Shown: piece by piece, positions 17,924 to 26,557 of the stretch
How positions within the stretch are numbered: position 1 is the stretch's first letter
How the letters are laid out: each line of letters opens with the position of its first letter
Assembly (NCBI GenBank): GCA_018057825.1
Contig: JAGPCY010000020.1
Location: 1-41,633, forward strand
DNA: 41,633 nt
Direction: 5' to 3'
Source of the DNA: Kofleriaceae bacterium
GTDB taxonomy: Bacteria; Myxococcota_A; Polyangia; Haliangiales; Haliangiaceae
Notes under the pieces: generated by a model
What the model saw: only the letters and a program-made list of their open reading frames with translations
Told to the model about the DNA's origin: nothing
Database searches by the model: none
Position numbers and translations under genes: made by a program

Positions 17924-18529
17924 GTGACGAGCGATGCGCCGAGCGCCGCGGTGACGGGGACGCGACGGTTGTTCGATCCGCCGGGTGGGCTGCTGATGTG
18001 GCTGATCGTGGTGGTCGAGCTGGGGACGTTCGCGATCATCGGCGCGGTCTTGGCGTACCTGCGCGGTGACCAGGCGGCGGTTTTTCGCGCCGGCCAGGCG
18101 GCGCTGTCGTCCAAGGTCGGGCTGGGCTACACGCTGGTCCTGGTAGCGAGCGGCTGGCTCGCGGCCGAGGCGGTGGCGGCCCTGGGCCGCGGTCGCGCCG
18201 TCCGCGCCCGGGGCGCGCTGGTCGCCGCGATCGGCTTTGGGCTCGTCTTCATCGCGCTCAAGCTCCATGACGGCGCGGGCCTCATGGCCGCGGGTCACGG
18301 CCTGGGCAGCGACGACTTCTGGTCGGGCTACTTCTTCGCCACGGGCTTTCACCTGGCCCACGTCGCGGTGGGCGTGGTGCTGCTGGTGGTGGCCGCGGTG
18401 CGGGTCCATCGTCGGCTCGATCGCCTCGGACCGGCGGACGTCGAGGCGGTGGCGGCGTTGGTGCTGTTCTGGCACATGTGCGACCTGGCCTGGTTCATCC
18501 TGTTCGCTGTCCTCTACACGGGAGCGTGA
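17924..18529 (+). CDS. Cytochrome c oxidase subunit III-family membrane protein (CoxIII/NorE-like, about 200 aa)
   Basis: Multi-TM protein; C-terminal HLAHVAVGV...LFWHMCDLAWFILFAVLY matches the CoxIII signature (FYWHFVDVVWLFLF). Confidence 0.7.
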   Translation: MTSDAPSAAVTGTRRLFDPPGGLLMWLIVVVELGTFAIIGAVLAYLRGDQAAVFRAGQAALSSKVGLGYTLVLVASGWLAAEAVAALGRGRAVRARGALVAAIGFGLVFIALKLHDGAGLMAAGHGLGSDDFWSGYFFATGFHLAHVAVGVVLLVVAAVRVHRRLDRLGPADVEAVAALVLFWHMCDLAWFILFAVLYTGA

Positions 18530-18531
18530 CG

Positions 18532-18752
18532 TGCGCGCGCTAGCCTTCGTCCTCCTCCTCGGGCTTGCGCTGGCATCGGTAGCGGTCGGCTCGTTCGCGC
18601 TGGCGATGGCCCTAGGCGCGGCCAAGGCGCTGGTCGTCGGCGTGGTGTTCATGGAGCTGCGCCACGCCCATCGCGCCCACCTGGTCGGGTTTGTGCTCGC
18701 GGTGGGGCTGGTCGCCGCAGTGTTGATTGCCCTCGGGGGGCTCGGACGTTGA
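18532..18752 (+). CDS. Prokaryotic cytochrome oxidase subunit IV-family small 2-TM protein (CoxIV/CtaF/NorF-like)
   Basis: GTG 3 nt after the CoxIII stop. ...ALVVGVVFMELRHAHRAHLVGFVLAVG resembles the COX4_pro FMHL region. Confidence 0.5.
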
Positions 18753-18809
18753 CGCCGCGGACGGTGTTGCTCTCGCGCCAGCCCAGGCCGATCTGCAGCC
18801 GTGGTCGAC

Positions 18810-19811
18810 TCAGCGACGCGGCGCGATGCGGACCAGCTCGAAGGCCTCGGGCGTGGTGCGCGGGATGTAGACGTGACCATCGCCGTCCACCTGCCACGCG
18901 GGCAAGCTGGCGAGCTGACCACGGAGCGCGCCGGTCGCGGCCGGCGCGAGTTCGGGGAGGTCGGCGAGGGACATCCGGCTCTTGAGTTCGCCTGCGAACC
19001 CGACGCGGAGGATGTGGTCGTCGAGCCGCGTGTAGTAGTCGCCGCGCGCGTCGACGCCGAACAGATAGACCAGGGCCTGGGGCAGGCCGGCCGGCGCGCT
19101 GACCTTGCCGTCGGTGGCGGCGGTGAGCAGGTCGAGCGGGATCGCCGCGCCGCGATTGGCCGCTAGCGCCAGGCGCGAGCCCGGCGCGATCGCGATCGCC
19201 TCGCCGACCTGGCCCGTGCTGGCATCGAGTGGAACGAGCGCGTTACCGCTGCCCTGGCGCACCAGGTACAGCCGACCGCGGACGTCTGGGACCAGCCGCA
19301 CGTAGCGACTTCCGTCAGGCCCCGCGAGCGGGAGGCCACGGGCGACGCCATCGCGGGTGGCGACGATCAGCTGCGCCCGCGTGCTGGAGACGGTCTCGAG
19401 GACGACCAGGCGACCGTCGGCGTCGATCGCGATGTCGACGGCGGTCAGGGCCGGTCGATCGGCGACGAACGGGTCGCGGGCGCGGTGCCAGGTGACGTCG
19501 CCCTGGCGCACCGTTGCCCAGGTGAGATCGTCGGTGGCGGCGAAGCGCCCGTCGACGTACGCGAGCACGCCGATCGTGCCGTCGGCCGCGAGCCGGACCA
19601 GGGGTGGCGCCGGGCTCTGCCAGGTCGTCATCCCAGCGACGTCGCCTACGGCCGGCTGCGTCACGAGGGTGCGCGGCAGCTCGCCGCCCCAGGGGACACG
19701 AGCGACGATCTCCAGCGAGGGGCGTTCCATTCGATCGGCCTTTCCCGAGGTAGCGCCGCAGCCGGCGGCGAGCCCGGTGATGACGGCGAGCGCGAGCGTA
19801 GCGGAGCGCAC
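18810..19811 (-). CDS. Secreted/lipoprotein-like hypothetical protein (about 333 aa); candidate immunity partner of the upstream DUF4157 toxin-like gene
   Basis: GTG 19811 lies 2 nt after the TAG of the upstream gene. N-terminus MRSATLALAVITGLAAGCG (signal peptide, lipobox-like). High GC3. Confidence 0.5.
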   Translation of the reverse strand: MRSATLALAVITGLAAGCGATSGKADRMERPSLEIVARVPWGGELPRTLVTQPAVGDVAGMTTWQSPAPPLVRLAADGTIGVLAYVDGRFAATDDLTWATVRQGDVTWHRARDPFVADRPALTAVDIAIDADGRLVVLETVSSTRAQLIVATRDGVARGLPLAGPDGSRYVRLVPDVRGRLYLVRQGSGNALVPLDASTGQVGEAIAIAPGSRLALAANRGAAIPLDLLTAATDGKVSAPAGLPQALVYLFGVDARGDYYTRLDDHILRVGFAGELKSRMSLADLPELAPAATGALRGQLASLPAWQVDGDGHVYIPRTTPEAFELVRIAPRR

Positions 19812-19813
19812 GA

Positions 19814-21991
19814 CTAGGACCAGCGCGCCGACCAGAACAAGATCGGCCGACCGTCCGAGACCTGCGCCAGGGCCTCGATGGTGGTCCGCTCGACGTGGCG
19901 GTTGTTGGGGGTCCACAGGCTGATGACCTCGGCGTGCGTGTCACCGGTGAGCTGATCGACGACGGTATTGCCGGTCGCGATGCAGGCGTGGTTGGGCGCG
20001 TTCTCGAACACGACGATATCGCCCCGCAGCGGTCGTGGCGAGTTGGGGTCGCCTAGTCGGTAGGTCACCGGGTTGCTGCCACGGCACTGGTCCTCGAACG
20101 TCAGGCCGACCGAGAAGTGCGTGCCGTCCCGAACCCGCTGAACCGCGAGTTGGTAGATCTGGCGCAGGCGTTGCTCGCTGACGACGCCGGCTTGGAACGC
20201 GCCGAACATCACCAGCTCCCAGCAGTTCATTCGCCCGTTGTGCGGATCGGGCTGGGCCTGGGCGGCGAGGAGCCACTGACTGAAGTCGTCGGCGAGCAGC
20301 ATCGGGTCTTGGGCGACCAGCCCGCTGTTGTACTGCGCCCAGTTGAGGCCGCCGACCAGCCCTTCGGCGCCACCCGCCGCGCCCGACTGCGCTAGCGCCC
20401 GCTGCATGTAGGTCGCGCCCTGGGCGGTCATGTCGACTGCCTGCCCTTGCTGGAGATCGCGGAGCGCGAGGCGCAACGCGAGGAGCGCGTGGGCCTCGGT
20501 GTAGGTCGGTGCACCGTAGGCGTTGCGCAGCGGCTGGAACTCGGCGAGGGCGCGGACCTGATCATCGGTGAGGCGGCCCGGATCATTGGCGGCGTTGGTG
20601 GCGTCGGCGTAGGTCTGGAGCGTCGGGCCCTGAGGCGCGCGGTTTCGTGAGCAGCGCTGGAGCTGGAGACCGGTGCGCCACGGATCGCTCGCGGGAGCGC
20701 GGGCGGCCGTGGTCGCGACCGCGCGGTCGGCGTGGTCCTCGGCGGTCGCGTCCTCGGGCCCGATCGGCCGTCGGCGGGCCACCGGGTCGGCGGCCGCGTC
20801 GGCCTGCTGCGCGACGTGAGCCAGCTCGTGGGCGACGAGCGCGTCGCCCTCGAGAGAACCGGCCGCGGGCGCGGCGGCGCCCATGACGATGTTGGTGCCG
20901 ACGGTGAACGCCACGGCGTCGGCGGCGTCGGCCAGGCGCGCTGCGACGGGACCGGTGTGGATCCGGGCGTCGGGGACGGCGCTGCCGAGCGCGTCGCGCA
21001 GCCGGCTCGCCGTGGCGCCGTCGACGGCATGGCCTGGGCCGAGCTCGCGTTCGAGCGACGCCAGGGACGCGCCGCCGTCGGGGCCGCGCAGGGCGTTGGC
21101 CTCGGGCGCAGCCGCGGTGGGGGCGCCGCCGTCGAGGCTGGCGAGCTCAGGCGGTGGGTCGCCGGTGTCGCGCCAGTGCCGGACGCCGGCGCGGACCCGC
21201 TCTACCACGATCGGGATGATCGCCGCGGCAGAGGTCGCGGTGCGCACGCTCGGCGCAAACCGGCGAAGCAGCGCCTCGCCGTCCGCGGCGGAGCGGGTGG
21301 CGTAGCGGCCGAAGTACTGCTCGATGTACGGACAGCCGATCGCGCTGTAGATCGGCCCCAGCTCGGCGTCGGCGGCCTCCGTGACCTGGGCGCGCAGCGT
21401 CGCGAGGAAGACGTCCTTGATCATCTGCCCCGGCTGCGGCGGCCCAACGTCGACCAGGAGGCTGCGCGGCGGTCCGCCGCTGGTCACCTCGGCCGCGACC
21501 TGATCCGCCTCGTGCTCGGCTGGGCTGTCGGAGGCGCCGACCGTGACCGCGCGCGCGACGGCGCGCTGGCCGGCCGCGCCTTGTTGGGCGACGTGGGTCA
21601 GCTCATGAGCCATGAGCCCGAGATCGTCGCCGCGCTCGCCGGGCCCGAGGAAGACGTCGCCTCCGTAGGCGAAGGCGCGGGCGCCCATGGCCTGGGTCGC
21701 CTGCCGCGACAGGGGATCGTCGTGGACGCGCACGCCGGTGAGGTCGACGCCGAGGTGCCCGCCGACCCGCGCGGCGACCGCGCCGTCGACTGTTCCGCCG
21801 CTGCCCTTGTGGTCGACAGCCGCGGTCGCGGCGTCGTGGATCGACGCGTCGGCGCGATCGCCCATGGCTTGGGCCAACGCCGGGTAGCGCGCCGCCAGCC
21901 GCGAGCGCCGTCCGGGCGCGATAGTGCCGGTCCCCGCACTGCCCTCCGCCGTCGTCGTCGCCGTCGTCGCCGTCGAGGGATCCCGTTCCAT
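19814..21991 (-). CDS. Tandem DUF4157 (x2) protein with a C-terminal Cys/His domain; polymorphic-toxin-like (candidate papain-like or transglutaminase-like effector)
   Basis: Two copies of the DUF4157 signature: GVRVHDDPLSRQATQAMGARAFAYGGDVFLGPG...LMAHELTHVAQQ and DARIHTGPVAARLADAADAVAFTVGTNIVMG...LVAHELAHVAQQ. C-terminal ...NGRMNCWELVMFGAF...NAPNHACIATG offers a candidate Cys/His pair. Alternative ATG at 21865. Confidence 0.8.
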   Translation of the reverse strand: MERDPSTATTATTTAEGSAGTGTIAPGRRSRLAARYPALAQAMGDRADASIHDAATAAVDHKGSGGTVDGAVAARVGGHLGVDLTGVRVHDDPLSRQATQAMGARAFAYGGDVFLGPGERGDDLGLMAHELTHVAQQGAAGQRAVARAVTVGASDSPAEHEADQVAAEVTSGGPPRSLLVDVGPPQPGQMIKDVFLATLRAQVTEAADAELGPIYSAIGCPYIEQYFGRYATRSAADGEALLRRFAPSVRTATSAAAIIPIVVERVRAGVRHWRDTGDPPPELASLDGGAPTAAAPEANALRGPDGGASLASLERELGPGHAVDGATASRLRDALGSAVPDARIHTGPVAARLADAADAVAFTVGTNIVMGAAAPAAGSLEGDALVAHELAHVAQQADAAADPVARRRPIGPEDATAEDHADRAVATTAARAPASDPWRTGLQLQRCSRNRAPQGPTLQTYADATNAANDPGRLTDDQVRALAEFQPLRNAYGAPTYTEAHALLALRLALRDLQQGQAVDMTAQGATYMQRALAQSGAAGGAEGLVGGLNWAQYNSGLVAQDPMLLADDFSQWLLAAQAQPDPHNGRMNCWELVMFGAFQAGVVSEQRLRQIYQLAVQRVRDGTHFSVGLTFEDQCRGSNPVTYRLGDPNSPRPLRGDIVVFENAPNHACIATGNTVVDQLTGDTHAEVISLWTPNNRHVERTTIEALAQVSDGRPILFWSARWS

Positions 21992-22135
21992 GGCCGCAGC
22001 GTATCGTCCGGGTCGCGCCTGACCATCACCCTAGTTCGGTGAGGTGTCGGCCGACCCACCGCGTGCGGAGTCGGTCGAGCGAGTGGCTGGAATCCACAAC
22101 GGTCGCGGTAACTTGGAGGTAGGCGGTGGGGAGTT

Positions 22136-24304
22136 GTGCCGGTGCCGACCGGGGTGGTAGCGCTCGAAGCGATGGCCAAACCTCCAGCGACGACGCCCAC
22201 CCGCCTCGAGTTCTCCGACGGCACCAGCCACAAGTTCTGGCAGATCGAGCAGAGCGGTAAGACGCTCCACTCGACCTGGGGGCGGATCGGCACGGCGGGG
22301 CAGGGGCAAGCCAAGACCTACGCGACGCCCGAGGCGGCGCGGAAGGAGCTCGAGAAGCAGGTCGCGTCGAAGCGGCAGAAGGGCTACGCCGAGGTGGGCC
22401 AGCGCGCGGCGACGTCGGGTGCGAAGTCCGCCCCGACCAAGACCAAGACCAAGACCAAGACCGAGGCCAAGCCGAAGACCAAGGCCAAGACCCCGGTCGC
22501 GACGACGCCTCCACCGCCGAGCGCCGAGCCCCCGCGGCTGCGTCCGCGGCGCACGGTGAGCCTGATGGAGCTGTCGGGGCTGGGGCAGATGGGCCCCGAG
22601 CTCGACGAGGCGCTGAAGTACCCGGAGCGCGCGCACTTCGTGCAGTACGCCGACGCCGACAAGAAGCTGCGCAAGTTCCCGCGCCTGCGCAAGCTCGAGC
22701 TGAGCGACCCGGTGCCGTCGTGGGTCGGCGACCTCACGAGCCTGCGCACGTTGATCGGGACGGTCGGCAAGAAGCTGCCGGCGTCGCTCTTCACGCTGCC
22801 GCATCTGCGCTTCCTCCACCTCGATGGCTCGGACGAGCTGGCCGACCTGAGGGGGCTCGACAAGCTGCGCGCCCTCGAGACCGTGACCTGTGGGGATAGC
22901 GCGCTGTCCGACGAGGAGCTGGCGGCGGCGGCCAAGCAGCTCGGCGCGACCGTGACCAGCTTCATGCCGGGGCTCGACTTCAAGCGCGTGCCGCCCAAGC
23001 CGCCGCGCGATCGCAAGGCGATCGTGGCGGCGATGAACGCCGACACGCTGGCCGATGGCTCGGATCTGCGGGGCGTCGATCTGTCGGGGGCGACCTTCGA
23101 GCACGTCTACGTGACGCACGACCTCCGCGGCGCCAACCTGGCCAACACGGTGTGGCGGTCGTGCGACTTCGAGTGGTGCCAGGCGTCGGGCGCCGACCTG
23201 TCCGGCGCGACCTTCGAGGATTGCTACTTCCAGAGCTCGATGACCGAGGGGCTGTTCGAGAAGGCCAAGGCGCAGGGCGTGACCTTCATCGGCTGCGGCG
23301 GGGACCTGTACCTCCAGCGCGCCGACCTGCGCGACGCCAAGCTCCTGGACCTGGAGTCCGACGTCCACCTCGACCTGACCCGCGCCGACGCCCGCGGGTT
23401 GACGCTGTGGTGCTCGTTCGCGAGCGAGAAGGAGCATCAGTTCTCGGCCAAGGGCGCCGACCTGCGCGGCGCCCAGCTCCACCTCGACGTGTCCGAGGGC
23501 CGGCGCGCCGAGCTGAAGAAGAAGAAGACCGCGCGCTTGGCCTGGGCGACCGATCATTTCAAAGGCGCGAAGACCGACAAGACCACGCGGATCGAGTACG
23601 CGACCCTCGACGCGCGCGCGACCGGGCCGGCGACGCGCCCGGCCCAGGCGACGGTGATGACCGACGGGCCGGCGGCCAAGATCCTGGGCACGATGTACGC
23701 GCCCAACGCCGGCCTGTGGATGGTTGTCGCCGACGCCGACCTGGCGACCCAGTGGCGCGGCAGCGTCGACGAGGACGATCCCAAGGACGACTTCCAGCGC
23801 GCGCTCGAGATCGACGACCGGCGGATCGCGATCGGCGCCGGCCACGGCCTATGCCTGCAGATCGGGCATCGCAGCGGCTGGTCGCACCTGTTCGAGCGTG
23901 GCGACGAGCCCGGGCTGCACCTGGTCGACGCCGCGCTCAGCGCCAGCGATCGCGCGGCCCGGGACCGCGCGATCGCGCTGCGCGTAGGCCAGTGGCGCGG
24001 GGTGACCAAGCCCAAGGTGATCGGCAAGGTCGCGTGTCCGAGCGGTGTCCTCGCCCTGCTCTTGCCGTTCCGGGACGGGGCCTTCCCGGCGGCGATGCGC
24101 AAGCAAGCCAAGAAGGGCGTCGCGGTGGTCGAGCCGCGCGATCACGACCGCGCGCTGGTCGGCATGACCTCGGGCCCCGGCCTCTACGAGGTGACCCGCA
24201 CTCCGTTCCGCCCCGACAAGGGCAAGGGCGACTACGAGGACGAGCTGGGCGAGTACGGCGACCTGATCTCGATCCGTTACTGCGGCAGCATCCCAGGTCG
24301 ATGA
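22136..24304 (+). CDS. WGR domain - Lys/Thr-rich linker - leucine-rich repeats - pentapeptide repeats - uncharacterised C-terminal domain (722 aa)
   Basis: WGR: LEFSDGTSHKFWQIEQSGKTLHSTWGRIG...KQKGYAEV. KT-rich linker TKTKTKTKTEAKPKTKAKTP. LRR-like LRKLELSD.../LPHLRFLHLDGS.../LRGLDKLRALETV. Pentapeptide repeats GSDLRGVDLSGATFEHV...GANLANTVWRSCDFEWCQASGADLSGATFEDCYF. GTG start at 22136 (alternative ATG 22172). Confidence 0.75.
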   Translation: MPVPTGVVALEAMAKPPATTPTRLEFSDGTSHKFWQIEQSGKTLHSTWGRIGTAGQGQAKTYATPEAARKELEKQVASKRQKGYAEVGQRAATSGAKSAPTKTKTKTKTEAKPKTKAKTPVATTPPPPSAEPPRLRPRRTVSLMELSGLGQMGPELDEALKYPERAHFVQYADADKKLRKFPRLRKLELSDPVPSWVGDLTSLRTLIGTVGKKLPASLFTLPHLRFLHLDGSDELADLRGLDKLRALETVTCGDSALSDEELAAAAKQLGATVTSFMPGLDFKRVPPKPPRDRKAIVAAMNADTLADGSDLRGVDLSGATFEHVYVTHDLRGANLANTVWRSCDFEWCQASGADLSGATFEDCYFQSSMTEGLFEKAKAQGVTFIGCGGDLYLQRADLRDAKLLDLESDVHLDLTRADARGLTLWCSFASEKEHQFSAKGADLRGAQLHLDVSEGRRAELKKKKTARLAWATDHFKGAKTDKTTRIEYATLDARATGPATRPAQATVMTDGPAAKILGTMYAPNAGLWMVVADADLATQWRGSVDEDDPKDDFQRALEIDDRRIAIGAGHGLCLQIGHRSGWSHLFERGDEPGLHLVDAALSASDRAARDRAIALRVGQWRGVTKPKVIGKVACPSGVLALLLPFRDGAFPAAMRKQAKKGVAVVEPRDHDRALVGMTSGPGLYEVTRTPFRPDKGKGDYEDELGEYGDLISIRYCGSIPGR

Positions 24305-24335
24305 ACCGCCTCGCGCTCGCGCGGGCCGTCGTGGG

Positions 24336-25304
24336 TCAGTCGTTGACGACGCGGATCGTGTTGCCCTTGCCCCAGCCCAGCCCGATCTGCAGCGACAGCG
24401 AGGGCGTGTAGCGCTCGGCGCCGCTGCCGGTGCTGGTGTAGACCGGCAAGGTCAGGTCGAGCTGGCCGAAGAACCGGATGGTCGACGAGCGCAACATCTC
24501 GTAGCCGGCGGTGAGGTGGCCCTGGAGGCCGGCGCCGGTGAGCCCGCGGCCGTCGGCGTCCTCGACCGCGGTGCCGCCGTAGCTCAGGCCGACGCCGTAG
24601 TAGGCCGAGGCGTCGGCGAGGGGCTCCTGGTACCAGATGCCGGCCAGGCGCGGGTAGTAGCCGGTCACGCCGAAGCCGTCGCCGTCGTTGGCGAGGATGA
24701 ACCCGAGGGATGCGTCGATGCCGATGCGATCGAGCTCGAAGCGGTAGCCGAAGCCGAAGGCCGGGCCACGGGCCAGCTCGCCGGCGAGGACCCCGCCGTA
24801 TCCGAGCGTGACGTACTTCAAGCGATCGGCGGCGACCCGGCGCGGCGCGGCCTGATCGCGCGTGACGTTGCCGCGATCGACGGCGCCGCCACCGGTCTCG
24901 GTGGTCGTGCCGGAGACCAGCGCCTTCACGAGCTGGGCGTAGACGTTGGCCAGATCGTCGAGGGTCGTGGCCCGGCCGGTGCGCTGGCCGCGCGGACCAG
25001 CGATCGACACGTTGATGGTGTTGCCGAGGCGGATGTTGGTGACGAGATAGGTCTCGGCGCAGGCGGTGCCCGACTCGTCGGTCGCCAGGCCCTCGGCCTG
25101 GAAGGCCAGGAGCGCGAGGCTGCGCACCGCGTTCCGCTCGCCCTCGGCGAGGTTGTCCTTGCTGGCGTCGATCGCGACGCAGATCCCCGCCGGGGCGAGG
25201 GGGGCCGGCGACGGCGCGGGCTGCGCGACCGTCGGTGCGGCGAGGGCGGCCATGGTCAGGAGCGCGAGGCCGGACAGCGCGAGGAGACGACAGGGGATGG
25301 ACAT
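24336..25304 (-). CDS. Secreted hypothetical protein, paralog A (322 aa)
   Basis: Signal peptide MSIPCRLLALSGLALLTMAALAAPTVAQ. Shares motifs with the next gene (ICVAIDASKDNLAEGE..., DRGNVTRDQAAPRRVAADR...). Confidence 0.6.
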   Translation of the reverse strand: MSIPCRLLALSGLALLTMAALAAPTVAQPAPSPAPLAPAGICVAIDASKDNLAEGERNAVRSLALLAFQAEGLATDESGTACAETYLVTNIRLGNTINVSIAGPRGQRTGRATTLDDLANVYAQLVKALVSGTTTETGGGAVDRGNVTRDQAAPRRVAADRLKYVTLGYGGVLAGELARGPAFGFGYRFELDRIGIDASLGFILANDGDGFGVTGYYPRLAGIWYQEPLADASAYYGVGLSYGGTAVEDADGRGLTGAGLQGHLTAGYEMLRSSTIRFFGQLDLTLPVYTSTGSGAERYTPSLSLQIGLGWGKGNTIRVVND

Positions 25305-25352
25305 GGGCTCCTCCAGGTGGGCGGGGTGATCGCGGTCGTAGATCGGTGGTGG

Positions 25353-26441
25353 TCAGTCGTCGACACGCCGGATGACCGGCGGGGACGGTGCGAGGAAGCG
25401 CGGGCGGGGCGGCCGACCCTCGGTGCGGAACTCGAGCGAGGCGGTGGTAGTCAGGAAGTACGGATAGCCGTCGTGCCGCCAGTTGTGGACGACCGGGTTG
25501 GCGACGTGGGCTGCGACCGACAGGCCGAGGTGCTCACCGAGCTGGACCCCGACGCCGGCGTAGAGTCCGAGGCCGAGGTCGGCGTAGTGCTCGGGATCGG
25601 AGAACCGGTTCAGGAGCGCCAGCGTGGCGCCGAAGCGCAGGTACGGTCGCGGTGGTCGCGCGCCGGCGAACCGCACCAGGCCGGCGCCGACCTCGTAGTT
25701 CGCGACCGCCAGCGGCGAGAACGCCAGCGCCAGGAAGCGGCCGAGCTCGGCCGTCGAATCGCCTTCGGCCTGGGCGCGGTCGAAGCGGTCTGAGGCGTCG
25801 CCGAGGACGGCGTAGTCGTGGAGGACGATCCGGCTCGACAGCTCGAGCGCGGTGCGCGCCCCCGACATGCCCCACCAGCGCGCCTCGAGGACGATGACGT
25901 CGTGCTGGCGCTGGCGCGGGAGCTCGTCGACGGCCGGGAGCTGCAACATCCCGCCGCCGATCGCCAGCACGCGATCCCAGCGCCGATCCCACGCGTCGGC
26001 GCGGCGCGGCGCGGCCTGATCGCGCAGCACGTTGCCGCGATCGGTGACGCCGGCTCCGGTAGCCAGGGACCGGCCGGTGACCAGCGACCGCACGAGCTGT
26101 GAGACCAGGAGGTCGAGCTCACCGAGGTGGGCGGCCCGGCCGTTGACCTGACGGTCGCCGGCGGTAAGGGTCAGCGTGACCGCGTCGCCCAGGCGGACCG
26201 CCCAGACCGTGACGCCGGCGGTCGAAAGACAGCTCGCGGGTGGGGCGACCGCGTGGCCCTCGCGCGCGAGGGCGCCGGCGACGAGCAGCTCGACCCCGCG
26301 CTGCTCCTCGGGCGTCAGGTTGTCCCGGGTGCGGTCGAGGTGGACGCACACGGCGTCGGCGCGCGCGGAGCCGAAAAGCCCGCTCGACCCGAGGCAGGCC
26401 ACGACGACGAGCGCGCACGATCCGGCTCGCATACCCGGCAC
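25353..26441 (-). CDS. Secreted hypothetical protein, paralog B (362 aa)
   Basis: Signal peptide MPGMRAGSCALVVVACLGSSGLFGSARA. Paralogous motifs VCVHLDRTRDNLTPEEQ... and DRGNVLRDQAAPRRADAWDR... match gene A. Confidence 0.6.
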   Translation of the reverse strand: MPGMRAGSCALVVVACLGSSGLFGSARADAVCVHLDRTRDNLTPEEQRGVELLVAGALAREGHAVAPPASCLSTAGVTVWAVRLGDAVTLTLTAGDRQVNGRAAHLGELDLLVSQLVRSLVTGRSLATGAGVTDRGNVLRDQAAPRRADAWDRRWDRVLAIGGGMLQLPAVDELPRQRQHDVIVLEARWWGMSGARTALELSSRIVLHDYAVLGDASDRFDRAQAEGDSTAELGRFLALAFSPLAVANYEVGAGLVRFAGARPPRPYLRFGATLALLNRFSDPEHYADLGLGLYAGVGVQLGEHLGLSVAAHVANPVVHNWRHDGYPYFLTTTASLEFRTEGRPPRPRFLAPSPPVIRRVDD

Positions 26442-26557
26442 GATGGTACCGCCACGCGTCCCCTATGCGTTGCGATCGAGCGCACATCCGGGGCATGACC
26501 GCGTGAGGGCGACCCCACGGTCGGGCTCAGATCGCGCGAACGTTGGTCGGGGTCAGC

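Noticed and set aside
17846-18922. 358-aa minus-strand ORF
   Set aside because: Antisense to the CoxIII/CoxIV-like genes. Ser/Thr/Arg/Ala-rich artefact.
22031-23845. 604-aa minus-strand ORF (and 21598..22314, 22384..23046)
   Set aside because: Antisense to the WGR-LRR-pentapeptide gene. Leu/Arg/Gly-rich without structure.
24516-25793. 425-aa plus-strand ORF
   Set aside because: Antisense to the two secreted paralog genes, which have signal peptides and mutual similarity.
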